64,000 nt of DNA from Eledone cirrhosa. Taxonomy: Eukaryota. The position numbers and the translations under genes were made by a program. The notes under the pieces were generated by a model. That model was given only the letters and a program-made list of their open reading frames with translations, was not told the DNA's origin and did not search any database. The stretch spans positions 125,984,001-126,048,000 of the forward strand of contig OZ024740.1 of NCBI GenBank assembly GCA_964016885.1, read 5' to 3'. The stretch's first letter is position 1, and every line of letters starts with the position of its first letter. This document shows positions 13,531-27,899 of this stretch, piece by piece.

Positions 13531-14741
13531 ACGTTTAGACAAATAAACGAGAGAAAGCGTACATATTACAGTAGTAGACTTCATATATTCGGGTAATGTC
13601 GATAATTCTCTCCATGGGTACCAAGTTGTTTCATTTCCAGATATCCCGAGAGATCATACACACGTGATACTCCATGTATCTATGAAATGAATATTCGATT
13701 CTATACACATTTTATCAAATAGTCGTTTCCTAATCTGTATTTAAAAACATAACTGCACACAAACACATATATATATATAGTGTGAGTGTGTACTAGTTGC
13801 GCGGTATCGTTTCACTTCTTGGTGATCATTCAGTTTGAGATTTCTTACGGTGATTAGATTCAGTTTCTGGTGGTATGATATGTACTGCTGTATTCAGCTT
13901 TCAGTTCAACATACATGCAGTCCCATATAGACCCTTTACGTATAAAGGAACAAACACATACAAAGAAACATACACATTTGAGAGTTGCATTGTCAATCTA
14001 ATGTCTCTCTACTCCCCTAGAGCCCTTCTGCTTCATATTTCCTCCATGGAAAACAAATTTACCCAGTCGCAATGATTCAATTTACCCAGATCAACTATGT
14101 ACCATGAGTAATAATTACAATTCTTTTTAAACAATGTGTACTTGGTGAACAATATATCAACATATATGTTTGAGCGCTTGCTCTTCCATGTGAGTTAGTC
14201 TTACGTATGTATTTGCTAATTGCCTCAATAACAACCACAAAATGCTTGACCTCACAAAATAACAAAACTCATGGCTGATTAAGATATTAATATTGGAAGT
14301 TATTTATGGGGCTTTATAAAATATATCACATAGCCAAATGGTTGAGAAGTTCACTTCTTATTCATTAAGTAGCACTTTTGATCTCACTGTGTGATATTTT
14401 GTGTAGGTGTCAATTACCATACCAGCGGATCAACCTTCTCAGTGAATTTGTGGGGACGGAATTTCACTTGGAAGCTTGTCGGTTAGACTGCAACTGTAAG
14501 TTAAAGAGCCAATCTTGTCTCACCCTATGTCACGCTGAATTTCTATGAGAGTTACATTAAGGGTATATGTGTCTCTGAAATGCTTTGTCATTTGTACGCC
14601 ATGCTGTTCCATTCATCAAAATGGAATACTCAATGTCGATACCAATGGAAATCCATTCTATAAAATATGTAAAACATTCTCGACATTTAGACCACAGATT
14701 GATGCTCACATCGATATCATGCATATAGACACATACAATAG

Positions 14742-14820
<79 letters not shown>

Positions 14821-15045
14821 GAATTTCCTAATAAATGTCGAAGTAGGAAAAACACTCAATCCGAGAGATGAGTTGTATTAAATAAGATATTTTATTGCAT
14901 CAACAATATATTATCTGAAACAAACATAAATATCTCAGTTCCAAAGAGAGTGCTGTGTATTGAACTGGAATCGGTTTTGTTCCCTATTGGCGGAATTTGT
15001 AATAATAAAACGTACTTCTCTGTGAATAATTTGTTAGCACATACA

Positions 15046-16529
15046 TGTTTAAGCTTTCGCTTATACTTAACCGTGAACAGGATGACTCGGAATATCTTTA
15101 TTCACATAAAAATAATGATAATGAAATATAATACAATATACAGTATGTTGTAGTTTGATGCTTAGTCAGAGCATGTTTTCATGACTTGTGTTTGCTTCCA
15201 TTTACGGGTGTAGGAGCGACAACAAAAGAAAGTAGTAAGAGTTATCCAACTAGGAATTAAAAAGTTTGAACTAAAATTGTTTTAATGAAACAAAATGACG
15301 TTGTTACATTACTCCCTTTCCAGCGGAGCACTGTTGGATTCACTGGTTGAAGCAGAGCGTTCGGGGGCGGGTTTGTTGTGGTTGTAGATTCTATGTAGGA
15401 AAGTTTAAGCCTGTCAAGAGAGACTTTTTCTTGTTTTCCGCTCATGTCTAGCAAAACGTGCTTGTTACTTTTTTAAAGAATTTTGAATGGTCTATCATAT
15501 GGTCTCTGACGTGGGTGCCTGTATGTGACATGTCTTACATACACAAAATCTGATGATGCAAATGTTTTGGAACAAAATATGATGTTGTCACGAAACTGAG
15601 GTTGAGTTGGTTGTAAAGAGTGCATTGTCTTTTTCAACTGTTTCAAAAAAGGAGAATCTGGTTCAATAGAGTGAGATGATGATGATGAATGTATCATTTC
15701 TCCAGAAAGGCGAAGTGATGAACCATAAACTAGTTCAGCTGGCGAGAAATCAGGTCGACATTTCCATGATGACCAGAGAGCAAGCAGGACTATTACTAGC
15801 TCATTATATCAATTGGAATGTATAGTTCTGACTTTGATTGCAGCTTTCATTTGGCGGTGGAAGCGTTTTATCATTCTATTTGTCTACAGATGATAGCTTG
15901 TAGTGACATGTTAAGAGATGCCAAGGAGTTTGTGGAGACCTGACGAAAGTGTTGATGTAAATTGTTGAATTCTACCGGATGTTATATCCTCTGGAACACC
16001 AAAGCGATATATCCAATGATAAAGAAATGCGGAGACATATGTTTCAGCATAAGAATTTTGAAAAGGAATATATTCAGGCCATCAAAATGCTGCGTGTTCG
16101 AATCACGTCGGGGAGGGTAGTTATGAAGCAACCTCATTTCGTTTCGTTAAAACATTTTAAAGGTTAATTTGAGATTCTACATTACCTTTGGTGATGATAT
16201 CCAGAATTATGAAATTGCCACTGATACAGCATTTATATCTATATGTTTGATGGAATTTTCATCCATAAAATCAGATCGGGGTCACTAATTGTAAGATTTC
16301 GCTTTCACTTAACAGTAGACAGGATAACTTAGAATATCTTTATTCACATATAAAAATAATGATAATGAAATATAATACAATATCTGTTGTAGTTTGATGG
16401 TTAGTCAGGGCAATTTTCCATGACTTTTGTATTGTTCCATTTACTGATGTAGGAAAGACAACAAAAGGATATAGTAAAAATAATCCAACGTTTGAACTAC
16501 AAAGTTTTTAACGAAACGAAATTGTTACA
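15046..16529 (-). mobile_element. Internally deleted Ty3/Gypsy LTR retrotransposon
   Basis: Two diverged TG...CA LTRs (15046-15308 and 16290-16529). On the minus strand the PBS TAGTGACCCCGA follows the 5' LTR and the PPT TGGAAAGGGAGTAA precedes the 3' LTR. Confidence 0.85.
15340..16020 (-). pseudogene. Degenerate Gypsy integrase (core plus GPY/F region)
   Basis: Fragments 'TTSYH...IKRFHRQMKAAI', 'VYVRH...RQRPYDRPFKIL' and 'GKQEKVSLDRLK' are typical of Gypsy integrase; stops and frameshifts present. Confidence 0.8.
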
Positions 16530-18199
16530 CATGCATGCATACAGACACGCCCACAAAAATACATTATATACTGATTGATAGATGAATATGGGTATAGATT
16601 CAGAATTTCGAAATTAATCTATTTGTAAAATATTTCCTTTTATCTTTTAATCTGGAAGTAGCAGAAACAGTCGTAGTATATTGTAGGCAATACATGTTGG
16701 ATCTTACACTAGCGTTGATGGACTGCATCCTTTGGTATAATGTCAGATAATGGGGAGTTTGAACTCGTTACTGACAGATAATAAAATTTATTATTATGTA
16801 CATAAGTATCGACATATTACTTATGAACATAAAGTTTTACAGAGCCATTGAATGTGAAAAACCTTCGCTAAACATAGAATAAACCACTAATGACATGACA
16901 GAAACTGAAATTTCTTTAGCTATGTGGCTGACATCCATCAAAACTATCCAGCTGCAACATTCTCTAATATACTAAAGTATCTTTATAACTCACAGTGATA
17001 TTAAAATCTTGTCAACTTAGGAATACATTTACAGAAACACACAAGCATCACAGATAAGCGAGACAAACATTTACTGTATCAGCAAATGCATCAAATTCTC
17101 CTGCAAGTGAAACCACACTACTAATGAAGGATTTATCCATTTCAGTTTATCATAATAAACATAATATAGAAAGTACACAGCTCAATATTGCAAACAAGTT
17201 TGGCAGTTTATAAACGAATGCATGTATTTTTATTTTGCTAATAAGACAACTTACGAAATAATCAGCCGTGTGCAGCTACATTATATGAGAGGAATTGTAT
17301 TTTTCCGTTTAGTATGACTTTAAGACTAAGAAGGATTTTAAGCTCAGTAAAAATCCTATGGCTGAAATACGATTCAGTATAAAGTATTTATACATTCTTT
17401 AGCTTACCAGAAATTCTTAGTATTTAGTAATTTCAGCAGAAGAATTAATACATTTTAAAATATATAATAGGGTTAATTATATAATAATCTTTAATTATGT
17501 TGTTTAGAATTTTTGTCTCTATTCTCTTAATTGTAAGATAGTTTACACAACGCGCAAGACAAGTACAAGCAACTCTACATAGTAAGAAGGCAAGAGAAAT
17601 CGTTTCTATTTCTCACAAGGTCAATCATGATCGGACAAGCTATTTTCAAGATGGTTTGGCTTTATGGAAATGAGGCTGCTATTTCTAGCAAGTCAAGCGA
17701 CCTCGTAGAGCACGTCTAGTTGGTTCACCACAGAAGAAATAAATTTAGCTAGAAATATTGCAGCAATTGTAAAATAATAATTGTGAAAGAAAAGCAATGT
17801 AGATAAATGATAAACGATGTTAAATTAGTCATGTAAATCAGAAAAGAATGCTAAAAATCTAAAATAATTCGAAGAGATAGGTTTATTAAATACAGCTGCA
17901 GTGTGCAGTTGCGAAGTTGTCAATTAGGTTTTTCGAGGCTCTCATTTCAACATTTGAAAAATTTACTTTTACAACGTAGATTAATCATATTCCTATTAGT
18001 TTAGCTCACAAATTCATATATTTATGTATATGCATACATACCTACCTACACACACACACACGCACACACACACACAAACACACACACTTTTGAGTTCTTC
18101 ACACGTGGTTAGAATTCCTAACAGGGTTCAATGACCTGCGTGTATATTATTTTATGTTTTACGATGACTTCCCCTTCCCGCTTGGGGACAGTGTGAAAT

Positions 18200-18615
18200 T
18201 TCTTTTTGAAGGACTGCTGCACTTTTAAACTTAACGGTCCTTCTAGCACTGACGGAGACAATCGCTGAATATTAATATTAATGTAGTTTTTTATATTGAT
18301 ATTACCTGAACATCCACTGATGAATTATAAGAGCTCACTTGCATGGATATCTATGGATTATATGCAAGCTTCTACATAACTTGGACATTATTTTCCCACC
18401 TTGTAGAAATCTTATAACGAAACGATCGTATGGAAAGAGAGATTTATTTAATTATGTCTCATATAAAATAATACAGCCGACTATCCACGAAATACAATAT
18501 AGTTAGCACCCCAAACGTATAATTGGGATTATACTCAGGTATATTCTAATGATTGTTGAGTGAGATGGGAGTTTGGTCGGAGTATCGCTAAAAGCTTTCT
18601 CTGTTAATGTATTAA
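18200..18615 (+). mobile_element. Non-coding PLE 3'-end remnant (family shared with 40878-41380)
   Basis: Colinear with the reverse complement of 40878-41380; ends at (TA)n; contains an HHR. Confidence 0.75.
18313..18434 (+). ncRNA. Type I hammerhead with 95-nt branched domain II
   Basis: Stem I TCCA/TGGA, CTGATGA at 18317-18323, TTATAAGA/TCTTATAA closing stem II, GAAA at 18419-18422, then C-GATC-G and a GUA triplet. Confidence 0.8.
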
Positions 18616-18830
<215 letters not shown>

Positions 18831-19225
18831 GAAGTTGAAGACATGACTCTGAAGCCTAGCAATTTCGGCTTGTATTCGGCAAGCCAATATTATAGTAACC
18901 GAATAAAAGCTGAAATCACGAAGCATCGCATTTAGGGTTTCACTTTCGGGTATACTCACTCTGCTTCTTCCTGTGCATGGAGTACTCCCCCCCTCCCCAA
19001 ATATATATATATATATATAGGTATCGAGAGAGAGAAGAAAATGGAAAGATGGTTGATACATATATTTAGTTGCCAATAATTTATGCATGTGTGCTCCATA
19101 CTCGTGCCTACAGGGTTAAATATTAGAGGCGTCAATATTTAGTGGGCGAGAGAAAATAAGCAGAGCGATTATAAAGGAAATGAATACAAAGAGTTTAAAA
19201 CCGTTAAAACATGTTTATATAATAG

Positions 19226-19268
19226 TGCACCTACGTACGTTTCGCCCTGAGCGGATTTATCAAGGGCA
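19226..19268 (-). ncRNA. Minimal type I hammerhead, U3-A8 variant
   Basis: Minus: TGCCC-TTGATAA-ATCCGCTCAGGGC-GAAA-C-GTAC-G-TA-GGTGCA. Confidence 0.7.
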
Positions 19269-19444
19269 TGGAAAGCAAAATAATGTTCAATGTTCAAACC
19301 CAGGAGGGAATTCACGGGAGTAACTCTGGCCGGTGTTCAAGCAATCTGTCCCATGTGGATTTTTATGCCTGTTCATATGCTGGTGTTTAACATCTTTATA
19401 TTATGTGTAAATTATGTGTATATATATATATATATAATAAAAGT

Positions 19445-20081
19445 ATATATAATAAAAGTATGTGTACCCACATGCAATTAATACACACAGGGATACAAGT
19501 ATAGTCCGACCATGTGCCAGTGTGGTTCAATGGCAAGTTAATAATTAACAAGTCAGAACATATAAAATCAAGGGAAAGCAAATAAAGAAAAGAATTTAAA
19601 ATAAATTATAAAAAATTCACTGTACTTACTATATGTGCCTACACCGCGGTTTCAAATCCCAAACGAATAGATAATCCGGGCGGATATCCATTGCGAAGGA
19701 GATTATCGTCAGAAGGCATTTCTCTACCGGAGAATATAAAATTCTCGAGTTAAAAATTTCAAACTGGCGCCATTCCAAACTTCCTCAGAATGAGAGTAAA
19801 TGAATGATAAAGCAGTTTTTGGTATGGCACCGTGTGCAAAGGCGAGAACACGGTAGACAAGTTAATCCTGTAATGCTAAAAATAGCAGCCACTCAGACGA
19901 CTATAGGTTTCTCTACCATTGCGGAGAATAATAATAAAAGTATGTGACCCTACATTAAAACACACAGGGATACAAGTATTGTCCGACCATATGCCAGCAA
20001 AGTTCCCAATGGTACATATAGTAAGTACAGTGAATTTTTTAAAATTTATTAAAAATGTTTTTCTTTATTTGATTTCCCTTG

Positions 20082-20087
<6 letters not shown>
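19445..20087 (-). mobile_element. Non-coding PLE remnant with direct and inverted terminal segments
   Basis: Direct repeat 19448-19520/19931-19998 and inverted repeat 19563-19637/20012-20087; degenerate HHR at 19636-19718 (-); (TA)n flanks. Confidence 0.7.
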
Positions 20088-20128
<41 letters not shown>

Positions 20129-20133
<5 letters not shown>

Positions 20134-20337
20134 GTTATTCCGGGTTGAATCGGAGGTAACCACAGTAAGTAAGGTACTCAATACATTGCAGAGTATAAAA
20201 GTTTTAATATAGATGAGATTCTACAGGACTAGAACTGTTTCATTCTTTAGAAATCATCAGGAATCTCAGAGATTCCTGATGATTTCTAAAGAATGAAACA
20301 GTTCTAGTCCTGTAGAATCTCATCTATATTAAAACTT
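20129..20337. mobile_element. Miniature palindromic PLE derivative: two back-to-back hammerheads plus tail
   Basis: Perfect palindrome 20199-20337 centred on A20268, unique ~70-bp tail on the left, (TA)n on both sides. Confidence 0.85.
20269..20321 (+). ncRNA. Type I hammerhead (mirror copy at 20215-20267 on minus strand)
   Basis: GAGATTC-CTGATGA-TTTCTAAAGAAT-GAAA-CAG-TTCTAGTC-CTG-TA-GAATCTC: 7-bp stem I, intact core, GUA triplet. Confidence 0.85.
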
Positions 20338-20673
20338 ATATATATATAATACAGTATGTAGAGAAGAAAATACAAAAAGGGTCTGTTTTCAATTACGAGG
20401 GGTAGAGGACCACTAGAGTGCAAAGCATAAAGTCTATGAAAAGTGTGGAAAATAAATAATATTTAGAAAGGTATAATAAAATGTACACTCCCACCTTTAT
20501 AACTATAAAACACCTGGAACAACTCAAAGAATAGAATGTTTCACCAAAAACAGTGTCGGTGCCATAAACTCTCAGGGCTCATCGGCAGGTGTATAGGTGA
20601 CATGGTCGACAGTTGTAAAGAAAATTTAGACAACTGAAAAATCGGTGATTAACCCTAGTCTTTAACTCCGTTT

Positions 20674-20712
<39 letters not shown>

Positions 20713-20789
20713 TGTGTGTGTGTGTGTGTATGCGTATGTGTGTGTGTATGTGTATGTGTGTATGTGTGTGTGTGTGTATTCTGTATGTG

Positions 20790-21185
20790 TGCTGGTAGTA
20801 TCGGTAGAACGTTCGACATGATTTGCGACATATAATTACGCCCCTTTACGTTCTGATTTTTATTTCAAATCCCGCAGATATTAGCTTCGGCTTTCATCCT
20901 TAAGGGATTATAAAAATAGAATACCAGTCACGCATAGGGATCATTTTAATCGAATTTCCCCTATCACCCAAAATTGCTGGCCTTGTACCAAAATCAGAAA
21001 ACGATATTATTGTTTTAATTATGGTTGTGTTCAAACCCGCCGTGGTAAACTTTGCCTTTCATCCTTACGGGGTCGATAAACTAAAGCACCAGTAACATAC
21101 TAAGGTCGATTTAATCGACTTTCCTCTCCCCCCACAAAAAAAAAATATTACTGGCCTTGTGCCTATACTAGAAATCATTATTTCA
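20790..21185 (+). mobile_element. Two adjacent SINE copies
   Basis: Same central domain and tail as the other SINEs. Confidence 0.8.
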
Positions 21186-21289
21186 ATTATGCTTGTTTCT
21201 AGACTGTATGTCATGCTGTTTCTGTTCTGTATTTTTTGCTGAGTTTCACCAGCTTTTGAAATGCTTTTCTTTTTTGTTTATTTCTGTAG

Positions 21290-22480
21290 CTAAACCAACC
21301 TACTTCCGATGGAGTTGGATGTTTTTCCTCTCCTTTTAGCCCCTAATGGATAAAGCTACATTTGCTTTATTGCTTCAACCTCTTCCACCGAATTTTAACC
21401 AAAAACAATGGCGGAAACCAAAGTTTCCTCCCCTAGCAAAAGCATCGGCGTTATGCACGAAAAAACAAATTTAAAAAAAACGAAGAAAAATAAAAAAACA
21501 AGAACAAAAACTAAATTTTCACAATCAACGTTACCTCTGTCATAACTACATACACCAGCAGCAGCAGCAACAACTACAGTAACAACATCCCCACGACAAC
21601 GACAGCTAAACCGACAACCAAATTCATAACAAAAATTCACGTCCAGCAGAAGTTTACATGAACTTGATTTCAACCAGTCAAATTACGCAAACGCAAACGC
21701 CACTAAACCACCCCCATAATCGGAAGCACAGCCAAAACTAACTGCAGTACCTCCACCACCACCCTCGTCATCTCCAGCAACACCACCACGACAACAACAA
21801 AAATACAACAAAAGCAATGACAACATGAATATAAACAACAATATTATCAACAACAATAAAAACACCACTAACAACACATCTGAAGCTACGGCGGAAAAGG
21901 CAGCGGAATTATTCGCCACTGATATACATGCAAAGACGATTATTTTCACAAGCCAGCAAATTAATTAAGCGGATTGCTGCAATGCTCAATGACATCTGCT
22001 CGGTAGTCAAAGTAAATGTCCACCTGTGGGAACCGTTCCATATCACACGCTTAGTCCGTCAAGAATGCTCTCTATCCGCCATTTTCTATGTATTGAATCT
22101 CAAAACTAGACGTGGAAGGGCTGCATCGGCAAACGCGGATGATGTCATAGTGATGATGTTGCACTCCTCAGATGAGGTCAGCAACGTCATATCAACCGGG
22201 AAACGTCGGTCGGTTTGCAGCTCGGCACCTGGAGAGGCAAATCCATACCGTTAGCATCTGGAATGTTGTTATTCGCTCACAGGCCTCTACATGCCACAAA
22301 ATGCGGTCAGTGGAAAATCCAGTCCATTGTACTATAGAGGACTAGTTGTGAACAAGAGCGACAACGTTTTTGGAGAGGCTTTAGGCGTCGAAGAACCCGA
22401 ACTAATCAGTTTGTTCTGGAGTACTTTCGTGCTTTGCGAATGTTTCATCGCTGCCTTATAACCTCCTTAGTTATTCGGTT
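21290..22480 (+). mobile_element. Degenerate, internally deleted L1/Tx1-like LINE
   Basis: Low-complexity T/P/Q/N-rich ORF1-like stretch, then 'VKVNVHLWEPFHITRLVRQECSLSAIFYVL...SANADDVIV', matching RT motifs VRQGCPLS and YADD. Confidence 0.7.
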
Positions 22481-23474
22481 ATTTTCTTCGACGCGTTCAG
22501 CATCGATCTTGATAAAATGAAATCACGAAGTTTATTTTCTTATAGTTTTCAGAAAATGACAAGACAAACAAGTATAGTGTACCGTTTCGTTACGATATTT
22601 CTAACACAGGCTCTACCTACGATTTTTAAATAATTAAAAAAATAATGAAGAATCTTAAAACATTTACTATTATAATTAATTTTACCATTGTTAAGCTGTT
22701 GTTTAGAACATAATAAATGATCTTACATAAAATTATGACGGATGGGTTCAGATAATTATAAACAATTTAAAACTCAGAGATTCTATCATAAAAAAAGGGC
22801 CGGTTTCTGGGGTTTGGTATCAAAAGTGTTGTCAGATTTTACATTAAATACAAGTCAGCCAGAAGCACGCCAATAAACTACACCCAGACTTTAAATCTGC
22901 GACTAAAATATCCCCATAGCTGTACAAGACTGACCGAGAAACTAAAAATTAATTGTAACACATCATACAATGGGAGACCTGTAATGTCTACAGATAGTGT
23001 ATAGACAGGAAATAACTCTATTCTTAAACAATACCGAAAATATATCAAAGCACAAAACAGAAGCAGTATCTATTTTTGACTGTGCCAATATTACAAATAC
23101 AGGAACAGAAAATTGATGATAAAGGCACACACGCTATACACAATTTATTGAATAAATATAAGAACAATATTGGATGTGATTGAACATGATTTCTGAGAAA
23201 TAAAAACAAACTACCTATCCTCCATTGCCCAGAAAGACGAAGATAAGACATTCTCTTTATAAATACTGCAATCCTAGAAAACATCTCCTTTCTAGCATAA
23301 AGACGACATTTTCTATAGGAGGTGAAAACCAAAATAATCATATTGAGTACATATGAACTTGTGTGAATTGGAAAGTATTGATATGATACAGAATTCAAAC
23401 AAGCATAATACACCGTATACAACACAACATGAAATGAAATGTATAGGGCTGATTATAGTGATAAAAGTGAAATT

Positions 23475-23695
23475 ACTATTGTTTTCTGATTTAGGCACGA
23501 GGCCAACAATTTTGGGAGAGGGGAAATTCAGTCAAATCGATCTCAGTGCGTCACTGGTACTATTTTTCATCAACCCTTTTAGGATGAAAGGCAAAGCTAA
23601 CCTCGGTGGGATTTGAACTTAGAAGATAAAAGGACGTAACTCTGTGCCGCAAAGCATGATGCCCAACGCTCTACCGATACTGTCAATCCACCAAC
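23475..23695 (-). mobile_element. SINE
   Basis: Same family as 650-838. Confidence 0.85.
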
Positions 23696-24289
23696 CTCAG
23701 GCTATGTAATAAATAATATTACTGTACGAAATTATAATAAATTTCTAATTGCGTTGACTCATCCCCAATTAAAGGTGGGGAGTTGACAATTATTTGAGCG
23801 TCCGAATAGAAATGTATTCGTTTTCATTCCAGATCACAGCGTTTTGAGTTCAAATATCGTTGAAGTCAAGTTCGCCTTTTGACCTGGGGTTGGCTCTTCA
23901 CCATTATCACTTTTTCTTTCTTTGGAAGAAATCTGAAGAGGGATGGGTACCACCATGTTTAAAATGCTGAAGACACGTGGAGTGTCAAAACGGTATCCCT
24001 AGAACTTCATTATGCTATTCGAATGTACTTTAATCCTTACTTTCATGATTTTTGTGTTAATTGGTTTCATTTAATTACTTGTTTTTAATATCAAAACTTT
24101 AGTTATTTATTTGAAAAAATTAATTTCTTATGAAATGTGGCACTCTATTTTCTCTGAAAAATGAGGGCATAGATGATTCTAGCAACCTGAAATTACCGAA
24201 TCTGGTTAGGTATTTAATTTGTTGCACTTTTCATTCTTTTATCTTCTTTATAATCAATATACAATTCTGTTCTTAGTATTTACTTCTAA

Positions 24290-24450
24290 AGGCGGCACAT
24301 TGGCTGGGTCGTTATAACGTCGAATACAATGCCTTGCGCTATCCCTTTCGTATATCCAGTCGTTGAGTTCAAATCCTGCCGAGGTCAACTTTGCCTTTCA
24401 TCTATTCGAGGCCAACAAAAAAGCACTAGTCAAATACTGGGAGCGATCTC
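24290..24450 (+). mobile_element. Degenerate SINE
   Basis: GAGTTCAAATCCTGCCGAGGTCAACTTTGCCTTTCATC motif. Confidence 0.65.
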
Positions 24451-26296
24451 CCTCCATATCTATTTCTCACGTCCATTCTCTCACTTTCTTTCTTTCTCTG
24501 GAAGAAATCTGCTGTATTCAGACCTGGAGAGTAGCTGGGTTCTGCCAGGTGTTACAAAGTGCCATAGAAACGCCATATAAGGTGCATCTACGACTCCTCG
24601 AGAGTTACGAAACCACGCATGCATTTATTTCTATATTATCTACTGAAACATATTTATAGAATATTTCTGAATTCTTAATTCCATTGTTTGTGTTTAATCG
24701 TATATCGTTCCTTTCTTAAAGAAAAACTGGCACGTTCATGAACCTCCTTTTTACAACCATGGTAATCCTGGACCGTCTAAAAGGGATAGCTTTTGGCGAT
24801 TCTATGACATTTGTGCCCACATGTTCTTTAATAGTCAAATATATTACTGTTAACATAAAAGAAAATAGTCAAGTAGTGTATCATTGGATTCTTCATTTCA
24901 GTATGTTGAATCTTTACCAAGCTGATTTCTTTGTGTAAATGTATTTTTATTTTCAACCTTATTTTGTTTGCTATATCGTACATTAAATAAAAAAGGATTA
25001 GTGTTTGTAATATTTCGAAGTGATTCCAGAAAAATCATTCTCAAAATGCTAATATTCGAATTTCCATTGAACAATAGTGATACAACAGTATCTCCATAGA
25101 CCATTCCGAATCCAAACTGCTTATTGCGGCATTTCTTTAGATCATTCTAATATCTGGACTTTTGCTGTACTCTACCAAGTACTTGTGTCACTTTAGAGAA
25201 TCAATAAAGAGAAATGTGCTCTCATTATTTTACAAATTTTGTTTAAATGAAACAAATTGAACTCAGCTGCATGTAACGCTAACATAGTCTCACAATATTC
25301 TATTCAACAACAATAACCGCCTTCTGACAACTGTAGAACGAAACGAGGAATATACCGATAAAGGTTTAGCTGCTTCAGTAGTCGGTGATATGTTGACCTG
25401 CTGATATTCAAAGAGAAAGAAGCAAGAGATATTGATGTTTGCTTGCAAGTAACACTGAAATTACTGACACGTTCTCTTGATTACTCTGCCGCTGCAACTT
25501 CAAAAAGGGACACACATTTCGCTTTTTATATCTTACTTTGTGTTTCGTCAAGTTTTCACAATTAAATGTTATTGAACATTGTGATACGGCTTGTGGTGAC
25601 TGAACTATTTTACCAAAAGAAATGACTCAGTGTTGTGGTGTGAGAAAACCCACAGGCGCTTGCTGCACGAAACATTAAGAGTAAAGTGGGCGCTAAAATA
25701 ATTGGTGTAGTGAGCCAAGAAATCTTAATTAATTAAATCTATATCCATAGTGATAAGATAAGTTCATTATCTTAATGACTGGCTCTGTTTAAGAAAGGCG
25801 GACGAGACAACACCGGAAATTAAATTAAGATTTATTAAATATAGAGTACAGCGGGCAAGGATACTTGGCAGGTGTCATCGTAGTGCCAGAAATAAGATTC
25901 ACCACTACATTTTATATTTAATAAATTTAACTTCCTGGGTTGTCTCCCTTGGCTTTCTATACTAGATTAAGTCATTAGAATAATGATTTGTTTCTTTTTC
26001 ACTCTTTCACCTATGGACTCGGTATAGAAATTTGATACTACGATTTATTTGTTGATAAAGTTACACGTAGTCGAACTGACAAATCGGCTATAAATAACCA
26101 TACATTGAATAAAATTGAAAATAAATTAAAACAGAAATTTAGCAATATAAAATGTAAACAATACTTTTATATAAACATTGATTATATTGATGTTTCTATT
26201 AGAATTATAAACCATGCGTTTGTTTGAGGCTACCTATAGCAGTGAAAGTATTTACTCAAGACTAATATACACAGATAAATATCCAGAGTAACCCCT

Positions 26297-26507
<211 letters not shown>

Positions 26508-27899
26508 TACCGTATATCGTGATCTAACATAAAACCAGAGTAAGAGGATATCATTTCTCGGAAATACACAAAACCTAAGTAACACAAAGGAACCAAACAG
26601 ACAAAAAAACATTAATTTGTACCAGTAACTATGAGCTGTAAGACGGCGAATTAGCAGAGATGTTAAGGCATTGAATTGCAAATTCCTCAATATTTGCTCT
26701 GGCTCATTTCAAATCCCATCAAGGTCAACATTAAATATCATCTTTTCAATGTGGGTAAGTGCCGATATAGTATTAGGTTTCGCTCCAACGTAGAGAGATA
26801 TAGACTCTGCTAAGTTTAAAATACAAGACACGTGTCTTGGAATTTTATTGACGGTGACAATATGACTCCATCAAGAACCAAAAGGCCTTTACTTTTCGTT
26901 TTTACTACGACCTGCATTGGTTCCAATATCAACAAAAGATCTAGGAAATATAATAAAAACCAATACTGATTCGTTTTAAATACTTCTAAAACTGCTATTT
27001 TCTTAAAGAGTATAGCACTATTTTATTTCACAAAGATTTTTATACAAAAACAAAGTACATTATTAAAGCGAACAACGAAAAGGGAAATGAAAATAAAAAA
27101 AAACCAAGCAGCGAAAGAAATGGGGAGGATGGGAACAGACTCAGCCCAATCTGGGTGATGTTTCATCTGTACTCCTCGGGGAATGGCCAGACATCCTCAT
27201 GGGGATCCTTCTGCAAGCAGACTATTGCCACTCTATTTTACGGAAGAAATCAGCTAAGCGGGAAACAAGGACACCAAATTTTGATCGAGACTGGTACAAA
27301 GAGGAAGCAACCGATGAGATTCCATACAAACAAAAATATTCTGATATTCATTAAGTCTACTAAGCATTCTTCCCATTCTGTGTTTACATTTTGAAGCCCG
27401 ACGAGTGGATTAAGTTTAACGGTTTGACAAAAATATGAGGGAAGTTGGACGCCTTTTCGTAGCAGAGTGAATCAGAAGTGCATGAGAACCTGTTAGGGCA
27501 CATCTGTGTTGGTAAAATAACGTATCTTTTATATTACAAAACATATGCTAAATCACTCTTTTGATTTCATGGCTAAAACCGTCCTTTTGACACAAACGAA
27601 ATTTGAACGCAAACGGAATTTCAACAGCATCCGAGGGTTTCCTAACCTTTGCTTTACATAGTCGTTCCACTGGCTAAAAATAGATGTAAAGTCTGCTTCA
27701 AATCATACTTTACTATTTCAAAAAGAAGGAATATATTCTTTCGGTAGAATACAATCGTGAATAAAAGCGACCGACAGGTGATCCCTCCGATTCGGGTGAA
27801 ATGTTATTCTGTATATAACTCTGTGTCTGTCTCCCCCATCTCTTTCTTGCGAAAGTGTGTAAGCACACATAGCTATATATATATATATATATATATATT

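Noticed and set aside
25764-25986. Degenerate ~220-bp palindrome
   Set aside because: Too decayed to tell a MITE from a PLE remnant; tail hairpin match is ambiguous.
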